From Octopus vulgaris (taxonomy: Eukaryota): 64,000 bases of DNA. The stretch lies in assembly GCA_951406725.2 (NCBI GenBank), contig OX597815.1, forward strand, positions 207,328,001 through 207,392,000, in the 5' to 3' direction. The position numbers were made by a program, and so were the translations under genes. The first letter of the stretch is position 1, and every line of letters starts with the position of its first letter. Of the stretch, positions 55,427 to 64,000 are shown piece after piece. The notes under the pieces are model-generated. The model was not told where the DNA came from. It saw only the letters and a list, made by a program, of their open reading frames with translations, and did not search any database.

Positions 55427-56202
55427 GTAAGTAATTTCACTTGTGTTACCTTTGATTTTGAAAATCCGTTGAAATGATCATATATGTATTTGAAATAATG
55501 TTTATTCATACTGGTAGCCACCAAAAACTGTTGCTCAACGACTAGACAATCTCTTCAAATTTAGAAAACACTTCAGCTCCCAGCAGTAGTTAATCTCTAC
55601 AAAGTTTAACTGAGACAAGACACGGAACACTACTCTATATTTAGAATCATGCTGTTTGTTGTACAGATGCAATCATCATAGACCGCATCTAAAAGATAAC
55701 CTTTTGTCTGAATGGCAAACATTCACCGACAACCATTAGCTTTAATCTACGAAGGCGCTTTCTTCTTATTTTCTACACGTACTGTACTTCCATGGCTTCG
55801 CCTTCTCTGAGCTAACATATTACCTCAACCCAAACACATGTGATACACTAGTCTGTGCTCTACTCGTCATCAATTCTGTGTTTATCTTCCTAGGACACGT
55901 GCTACCTATTATATTCAATCTTTCCTTCCCAGAACATCTGAAATTTCACTTGCAGGCTCCCTTTCTCGAGTTAGCCCTCATTGTATTACTAAAATATAGT
56001 TGGAGATGAAGTAATTGTAATAAAAGCATATGATTGTAGAGTATAAATTTATTATTCTTAACAATAATAGTATTGACGGTGACTTCGGATATCCGGCCAA
56101 CTAAGCCATCATTAGACTGTCCGATGATTGCTTATCTGACCGAAACTTTAAAGTTACTATCAGTACTATTTCTCATAAAGAATAATGTATGTATGTATGT
56201 GT

Positions 56203-56536
56203 GAAGGCGCATGGCTCAGTGGTTAGAGCGTCGGGCTTACGATCGTGAGGTTGTGAGTTCGAATCCCGGACCGGACTGCGTGTTGTGCTCTTGAGCAAGA
56301 CACTTTATTACACGTTGCTCCAGTTCACTCAGCTGTAGGAATGAGTTGCGATGTCACAGGTGCCAAGCTGTATCGGCCTTTGTCTCTCTCTTGGATAACA
56401 CTGGTGGCGTGGAGAAGGGTGGCCAGTATGCATGATTGACTGCTGGTCTTCCATATACAACCTTGCTCGGACATGTGCCTGGGAGGGTAACTTTTTTGGT
56501 GCAATCCCACGGTTAGTCATGACCGAAGGGGGTCTC
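56203..56536 (+). mobile_element. SINE family C
   Basis: A box tggctcagtggtta, B box gagttcgaatccc, full-length match to 23282-23621. Confidence 0.9.
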
Positions 56537-57577
56537 GGCAGTCTCAGTATGTATGTATGTATGTATGTATGCATGCATGTATGTATGTATGTATGCATGC
56601 ATGCATGTATGTATGTATGTATGTATAAATCTATCTATCTATCTATCTATCAATCTATTTATCTATCCATCCATCCATCTATCTAGCTATCTCTCGCAAG
56701 CGTGTGATAGCTTGTTCAATAAACACCCTTTCCGGCCCAACCTTTTGCAATGCAAAATCTTGAATACGTTTTTAAATTATGAAACTATGGTAAGTGCCGT
56801 AAAAAGAGATGAATGCTAACATTTCAGTTGCACTATTTTCATTTAAATTTGACGGAATTTATAATATTTTCTTTCAAGCTCATGCTGAATTTTTTTATTT
56901 GTACTAGCATGAATGTGTGTGCATGACAATACATATATAATGCATCCAAGTGTGCATATGGTATCTATGAAAGGTATCCATGTCATTCTCAATGTTTATC
57001 TATATTAGCGTGTATTTCTGTAACTTTTAGGGAGCGCCTGACAGCAGACGGAATAATATTTACCAGGAAGAAAATACTTAGAACAATTAAAACGCACTAA
57101 TAATTCTCTCTGTTCAAGTATTAATTAATATAAGCCAAAACGCATTAAGTATGTGTGTGTGTGTTTTCATGTGAGTATATTTCTGTGAGAATGTATAAGT
57201 GGAAATGCGAGAAGACCACATTATCAAGTTGTATATTGTAATTAGATGTGGTTATCAACTCTGTATTATCTTATCGAAATTAAATATAATTTAGGCGCAT
57301 ATATCAACAATAATTTTAACTTGTTATAATTGTATGTGTGTTTGGGAGTGTATACCAAAAAATTGGTTACATACCGAAATTCCAAAAACAATTAGATAAC
57401 AGTACTAACATTCAAGTTTATTTTGTCATGGAAAGGAACAATGTTTCGATATTATCTCGACTAAAGAATTCGGAATGCAATTGTTAAATATGAAATCTGT
57501 TTCATAATTTTAAGACTACGAGTTCAGCCAAAAAAAGGAAGAAATAGAATAAGTATCATACTTTAAAAATATTAAAT

Positions 57578-57988
57578 ACTAGCAGCTAATCCCGGATTCA
57601 CCCGGTCAGTTTGGATGGTGTGGCTGTGGTCGTTTTCTGTTAGGCATAATCTATGACAGCGTTTGTCAACCTTATCATTTCGGGTCCCCTGTTTCGATTG
57701 GAGCCTCCAGCTATATAAACATTTCCTGATCCCGACCTGTCAGAAAACAGCTTCTGAGCAACTGGTTGTTTTAATGGCAGAAGAAAGAGGGAAATCCCAT
57801 TAGAAAAAGTTTTCATCGATTTTCTCGGTAAGTATGGAGGTTAGGAAAAAATACAAACTGCATTCCAATCTATGCACCCGTCTCCACATGTGTGCCACTT
57901 TTCACGCGATTCCACCCAGCCGTTTGGCTGTGAACCTCAAGACCAGAAAGAATACAACGATCGCCCATGTCCAATTCATGTTATAGAT
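57578..57988 (+). mobile_element. Non-autonomous Helitron-like element inserted in a SINE tail
   Basis: Ends ACTAG..cccggattcacccgg (small hairpin) and ...ttATAGAT, with internal ttttcacgcgattccacccagccgtttgg. Resembles Lep1/DINE-type elements. SINE 3' sequence continues on both sides. Confidence 0.55.
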
Positions 57989-58216
57989 TAGGAATCGGTT
58001 TAACCGACAAAGACCTTCAGGACATTACTTCAGCATGGCTGCAACCAAATAACTGGAGAAGTTAACAGAATTAAGGGATAAAAGAATACAGTTACAACCA
58101 GTTCGATAAAATCCGGGCTAATAAATTAGATATCTAATAAAAGAATTTATTTTAGATGTTAAAACTTGTATTTACATATATTTGTCTATATTATCCTGTA
58201 TATTTCCCTGTTGTTT

Positions 58217-58289
<73 letters not shown>

Positions 58290-58290
<1 letters not shown>

Positions 58291-58699
58291 ACTTATAAAT
58301 AAGGGCAAAAGAAAAAAACTTCTACGATAAATATGCCGAGAAATAGACTTTAAATCGTCAATAACCACATATAATTCATCACTAATAGTACGCGTCTCGA
58401 AGCAAGCTGACATAAATTTCTAAAATTTCCGTTATTACCGAATCGGTCAGATTTCTGAGTTAATTCATAAGGAATTTTCTCGTCATCAGCGGTAAATACG
58501 TTAAGAAAATAAATAAAATACTTACTTGCACACATGGAAGAAGTATACACGAAGCTATGTGTACAGTTAAGTACCCCAAATCTATCCAAATAGAACTTTT
58601 GCAGCTTTTAGTGATGAATTATATGTGGTTATTGATTTAAAGTCTATTTCTCGACATATTTAGCATAGGAATTTTTTCTTTTGCCCTTATTTATAAGTT
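58290..58699. mobile_element. Inverted-repeat element (~95-bp arms) enclosing a hammerhead motif, probably Penelope-like pLTR-derived
   Basis: 58290-58385 (acttataaataagggcaaaaga...ataattcatcactaa) is the reverse complement of about 58608-58699. Adjacent to a (TA)n tract. Confidence 0.7.
58435..58495 (-). ncRNA. Type I hammerhead ribozyme-like motif
   Basis: Minus strand: ttaccg-CUGAUGA-c-gag-aa-aauuc-cuuau-gaauu-aa-cuc-a-GAA-Auc-ugacc-gaU-U-cgguaa. Helix I is 6 bp, both core boxes are intact, and helices II and III can form. Confidence 0.65.
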
Positions 58700-58816
58700 G
58701 TTTATAATTTTCACCTTAAAATGTATTTTTTAATATACTGGCCACTGATAAAATATTTTGAAACTTTTATTCTATATTTGACGCGTAATATATATATATA
58801 TACATACACACAGAGA

Positions 58817-59688
58817 GAGGATGAGATGGATAAATTGTTGCCATTTTATATTTTTAATTTCGCGCATGTGCATTGTTTGTTTTGATTTTGTCGACTACAC
58901 AATATAGTTGGGGCCGTCGGGCACCGTCTGTGACGAAAACAACACCATGACGCAATTCACTCTGCCAGAAATTTGGAAACGACATACTGTACTGTTTGGG
59001 ATTCAAACCGGAAGTTGGTGAATGCACAGAACAACCGTTGGCTGGCCGTGTCCTCAAAACATGTACCGAGATTGAAAAATTCAAACATCCAGTCAACATC
59101 ATGGTATTTGGAGAGATCACTAGTGATGGCAACGTTATGCCCCGATGCATCTTCCCACACGATCTCACACTCAACACGGATGCCTACATCAAGTGCCTGG
59201 AGGAGGTAGTGTTGCCCTGGGTCAAGAGGCTGGCTGCTGGAAGACCCTGTGTCTGGCAACAGGACTCTGCCTCATGCCAGACAAGCAAGAGAACCCAGTC
59301 ATGGCTGTTAGACAATTTCTGCGACCACATCACCCGCTAACATCTGGCCACTTAACTCCCCAGACTGCAACCCCCTTGGTTATTATGTGTGGAGCGCAGT
59401 TTAGCGGGAGACCAACAAAACTCCTTGTAACAACAAAGATGAACTGAAGGCAAGGATTATGGCAGCATTCACCAACTTAAACAAGGGGACCGTCCAGAAG
59501 AATTGCAGAAGATTCCGAAGTTGTCTGGAATCCGTGGTTGAAGCCAATGGCGATTTAATAGAATAAATTTGCCTTTTAGTATTTCAAGATATTTTGTCTG
59601 TGATTTTGGTAAATATATCTGTTAAAATGAGATGTAAGTGTTGCTTTCATTTTTGCATAGTGCAGACGACAATATATTCACCGCATCC

Positions 59689-59690
<2 letters not shown>
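58817..59690 (+). mobile_element. Internally deleted maT/mariner (DD37D-like) transposon
   Basis: ORF 58996-59340 has KHPVNIMVFGEITSDG...YIKCLEEVVLPW...WQQDSASC, then NSPDCNPLGYYVW. The right TIR ...caccgcatcctg|TA matches the degenerate left end aggatgagatggataaattgttg. Confidence 0.88.
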
Positions 59691-59752
<62 letters not shown>

Positions 59753-61484
59753 CATTTCGTACAGAAATACAGGTATGCTGACGTGATTAATACCTTCGCC
59801 AGGTGTCGCGCATTAATACAACCAAAAAGCCGGTGGGTTTAGGTTCTCCACCCATGTCTTAAGACTACAGATGTTAGTGTACACAAACATATATACAGTG
59901 TACATAACACACACTTATAAGAATATATAATTATTCCCTTATATATACATACACACATACACACAATATATATATAGATAGATATAGAGATAGATAGATA
60001 GATAAGTAGGTAGGTAGGTAGATAGATAGATACATGTGTGTGTGTGTGAAGATATCAAAGTGCTATGCAATAAAACTCAATATTAGAACATGAAATTTTC
60101 AAGAGATAACTTTTATTCTACCCAAGAATATTTTTAAAATCCAACATATCCTCTATTTCCTGTGAAAAGACATTCTTTTAACGTTATATGGCTTTGCAAT
60201 GTTTACTGATAACATTGAGTCTCCTTTACTTTAATAGATAAGTATGAGGCGGGAGGAATTGACTTACTGATGTGAGCTCTCCCTAAAATATGTTTAATTA
60301 ATTAAAACCACACGACCCGGACGGCATCCAAGTTAATTGAAATTTCAATGGGAAGGAACACAGTGGAGTGTGAGTCTGAAATTTAATCGGTTACAAAGAT
60401 TTATTTATAGACCAGTGTATTGAAGTAATAAGTTTGAAGTTCCTTGTTTCAGACATGATCAAACTGTATACAGGGTGTTGAGGAGTAGGAAGTGAAATAA
60501 ACAAGATGGCTTTACTCTTGCATAAAATTGACTGGAGATATGGTTTATAGCGAAGTATTGTAAAAGCCCTACAGTTGTAACACACAGGTATAACGATTCT
60601 GCAAATCGAATTGTCTGTAATATTTTGTCTCGGAGAAACTTCTCTTGAGAGATGTTGTATGTTAAAAACACAGAGCGCACAAAGAATGACATAAGCAAAT
60701 CATCAGACACTGTTGTTTCGGCTTGATTTAGCCTCCTCACGGACGAATACAAAAGGTTATTTGAAATAATTTGAAACTTTCCTTCCAATATAGTAATATG
60801 GAAATAAAACACTGTTGTTACAGAGATAGATTGGAATAATCGTTAGAGCATATGGAAAGTTGTTTCATTGTATTTCTACTGGCCTTTTACGTTCTGCATT
60901 CAAATTCCACCGAGGTAAACATTGCCTTTACTTCCTCCGGAACAGATAAAATAAAATAACAGTCACCTATTGGAATTGATTTAACCGTCTATCTCCAGAT
61001 TAAATATCAGAGCCTCGCCTTTCGTTACGAACAATTATTTTTACTGTTGTTGTTACTCCCATGTCAGCGCTAATTAAACAGATCTGTGATGAAAGGAAGT
61101 CCATCGATAATTATTCTATTTCTTAGGGATCACGCTATGAATTTTCACCGTTTGTTTTAAAGATGATAATGTGTATTGTAAAGAAAATTTGGCCACAACT
61201 AATTTTAACAGGCAAGGTAATCACACTAAGGCTCCACTTTCGTTCGAAGTCGTATGAGTGTTATTTTAATCTCATCGAGTATAACAATTAGATATCAAAT
61301 ATTTGAGTACAACACAGAAAACAGTCGATATTTTATATAGAATTACACATCTAAGTATCACGAACACATCGTTATCTTGTTTTTCATGTATCTTACATAA
61401 TGCACTATGAAGAGATGAAATACTATATATATAGAATTATTTGGAGCATTCTCGCGGAATTTAAATTAAGCTGTTATGTTTTAC

Positions 61485-61708
61485 CTTTTATTTGCTGCAC
61501 TCATATGACTGCAAGTATTCTCGAGCACTGCTTTGGAGCGTTTAGTCGAATAAACCGATTCCACTACCTTTTATTTTTAAAGTCTGGTACTTATTCTATT
61601 TGTCCTTTTTGAGACCTAAGGTATAGGACCGCAAACAAAGCAAAACCAGCTATCCAGCGACGAAGGGACAAGCACAAACACAATGACATACGTACATATA
61701 TATATGTG

Positions 61709-61761
<53 letters not shown>

Positions 61762-61920
61762 GACAGGAGCTTCCGCACAGTTTCCATCAAATGAATTCAC
61801 CCACATGGTATTGGTCGGCTTGGGGCTATAGTAGAAGACAATTACTCAAGAGGTCGTATAAGTGGGACTGAACCCGGAACCCCATTTAGTTACAGTGCGG
61901 GCTTAACCACACAGCCATAC
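61485..61920 (-). mobile_element. SINE family A (diverged)
   Basis: Diverged reverse copy. Confidence 0.75.
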
Positions 61921-62193
61921 CTTCATTTAGCACTCTTCCTCGATACATCCTCGATACTTTAAGATTTGTTTCTCTTTCGTTTCTAATTGTTATTTTTATA
62001 TTAGTCTTTCTGCATTGCCATAGTTATTGTTAATTGGACTTCATTTTTCATATTATGATCATTACTATGGTTTTAGAAGTGTTGTTGATGTTCTCCTTTA
62101 GAACCAAGTTAGTACCGATCTAAGAACTATAGTTCCAGCCATGACCACTCTGTATTTCACATGCATTATTTACACTGGACCACATTACCTAAT

Positions 62194-62516
62194 GTTGTCT
62201 GGAATCCGTGGTTGAAGCCAATGGTGATTTAATAGAATAAATTTGCTTTTTAGTATTTCAAGATTTTTTCTGTGATTTTGGTAAATATATCTGTTAAAAT
62301 GAGATGTAAGTGTTGCTTTCATTTTTGCCTAATGCAGACGACAATTTATTCACCGCATCCTGTATATGTGTGTGTGAGTGATTGGGTGAGTGTGTATGTG
62401 TGTGTGTAAGCATTTCGTACAGAAATACAGGTATGCTTAATACCTTCGCCAGGTGTCGCGCATTAATACAACCAAAAAGCCGGAGGGTTTAGGTTCTCCA
62501 CCCATGTCTTAAGACT
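62194..62516 (+). repeat. Direct duplicate of 59520-59866 (mariner 3' end plus flanking DNA)
   Basis: High identity from gttgtctggaatccgtgg through ccatgtcttaagact, including non-transposon flank. Confidence 0.9.
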
Positions 62517-63405
62517 TCTAAGATAGTAGAGTATAATCTGATGAAGTTTTGGCTGATAGGCGCAGGCACGACTCTGTGATTTAGAATCGCGTTTTGCAAC
62601 CACATACATTTGGATTTAGTTTCACTGTGTGCCAACACGAAAAACTGTGTATATGTAAGTGTATGGATATGTATGTATGTATGTATATATGTATTTATGA
62701 TTGTTTTCACTCCACTGTTTGACAACCGGTGTTGGCTTGTTTACAATCCCTGTCTCATGCAGCAAAGCCAAACTATGTTTCATGGGTCCACTTCTCGAGA
62801 AAAGGTTGTCCATGTCCGAACTAAAGAGACGATCATAGCATGCTAGTCGAGTGTTGTATGTTAGCGAATGAGTTGAATAACTATTTTGAGGATACAATCG
62901 AGATCATAATTGCAGACATGTATGTGCGTATAAGCTTGTGTGTGTGTGCATTTAGCAGCTGCCAACACTTCTTTTCTTCTTGAGAAATATTTTAATCAAC
63001 TGCACACAATGTGCTGTGTAGAGTATCATTAGCTTATTCAAAGCTCATCTTTCTAGCTTTGAAGGGAAGACCGACCTCGCCTTTGAACTGCTGCATCGAC
63101 AAATTAGGCTTTTTATGGATAAGTAGTTGAGAGGGAATAGCATTAGCGATTGTTATTTGATATTGTCAATGAAGCAGTTACTATAATGATATTCGCTAAT
63201 TAAGCCATTTTCCATTATTGATGCAGCTATCATAAAACAATTCGTGACCATGTTTTAGCGTCTAATTTCTTACTCAAATTAATCTTTTATAGCGTTTTGC
63301 ATTAAACATTTGGCCTTATATTTCTACCATAACTATTTGGAAATAACCGTTTCAAATTACTTTTTGATATATATATTCTACTTCCCTTCTATTTTTTCTC
63401 CTTAG

Positions 63406-63539
63406 ACTGGTTACCAAGAAGCTGACCTACAATGTGCCAGTATAAGATCCGGAAGGCCCGTGGAACAAAGCCATTGCGTTCAAACACAAGGATGGATAGT
63501 GACAAGAAAGCAGTGTAGTATGCCAACATGTGAAGCAAC
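63406..63539 (+). CDS. ADAMTS/ADAMTS-like gene, exon completing TSP1 repeat 2
   Basis: Polypyrimidine tract plus ttAG (63404-05), donor GTTAGT (63540), phase 0/2: TGYQEADLQCASIRSGRPVEQSHCVQTQGWIVTRKQCSMPTCEA(T). Continues CSVTCG|TGYQ in frame. Not listed in the ORF track. Confidence 0.88.
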
Positions 63540-63672
63540 GTTAGTAACAGAATGTCTTTTCATTGTCCTTATTATTATTATTACTACTACTACTACAAAA
63601 TGGTATTCATATTTCAGACTCGTGATTATTCATTAAATGTGTTTTTGTTTTTGTCTTTTTTTTTTCTTACAG

Positions 63673-63682
63673 GAATTTTTGA
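63673..63682 (+). CDS. Probable terminal coding exon of the ADAMTS-like gene (...T-N-F-stop)
   Basis: Long T-rich tract ending ttacAG at 63671-72, closing a 133-nt intron from the phase-2 donor. Reads ac|g aat ttt tga, followed by AT-rich UTR-like sequence. Confidence 0.55.
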
Positions 63683-64000
63683 GATGTGCTTTTGAAATAT
63701 AATGAAATTAAAGCAAGAAATATTATCGTTCAACTCAGAGATTAACGCGTCTAAATTTAGTGGTCAGCTTATAATGATCACCTGAAAAATTCAAAACTAA
63801 AATAATTTTGGTTTATAAATGTTCACAAGTAACCTCAGATACGCAGCAACGCAGTTGTCAATATGATATTTCGGAGAGGACAAAAACTACAGTACTTTAT
63901 ATATCGAGTGTATAGATGTTCAATCTGGCTCTTAATCACCTTGTACTGTCTAACACATAACAATTTCTATATCAGATGCAGTATTGTAAATTAAGCTTTC

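Noticed and set aside
63540-63636. Hydrophobic tail (LVTECLFIVLIIIII...) if the last intron is retained, suggesting a membrane anchor
   Set aside because: The hydrophobicity comes from an (ATT)n microsatellite, and good donor and acceptor sites flank the segment.

Overview
Eukaryotic, AT-rich, repeat-dense genomic DNA. The SINE families, microsatellite load and Penelope-like fragments suggest an octopod cephalopod (inference). Most ORF-track entries are translations of microsatellites or SINEs and are not genes. One host gene is well supported on the + strand: four phase-compatible exons (45958-46122, 51300-51527, 55271-55426, 63406-63539) and a probable terminal exon (63673-63682). They encode TSP1 - ADAMTS cysteine-rich - TSP1, an ADAMTS/ADAMTS-like protein that lacks the spacer domain. 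I could not identify its 5' exon(s). The remainder comprises dozens of tRNA-derived SINEs (three families), two decayed copies of a tRNA-Trp-primed Gypsy-like LTR element, Penelope-like remnants with hammerhead-ribozyme motifs, two dead maT/mariner transposons, several MITEs, a Helitron-like element and local duplications. The most unusual signals are the spacer-less ADAMTS-like gene, a cluster of five tRNA-Trp PBS-like units in both orientations, a near-canonical type I hammerhead inside an inverted repeat, and a template-switch-like inverted-plus-direct duplication. All alignments and folds were done by eye, and repeat boundaries are approximate.
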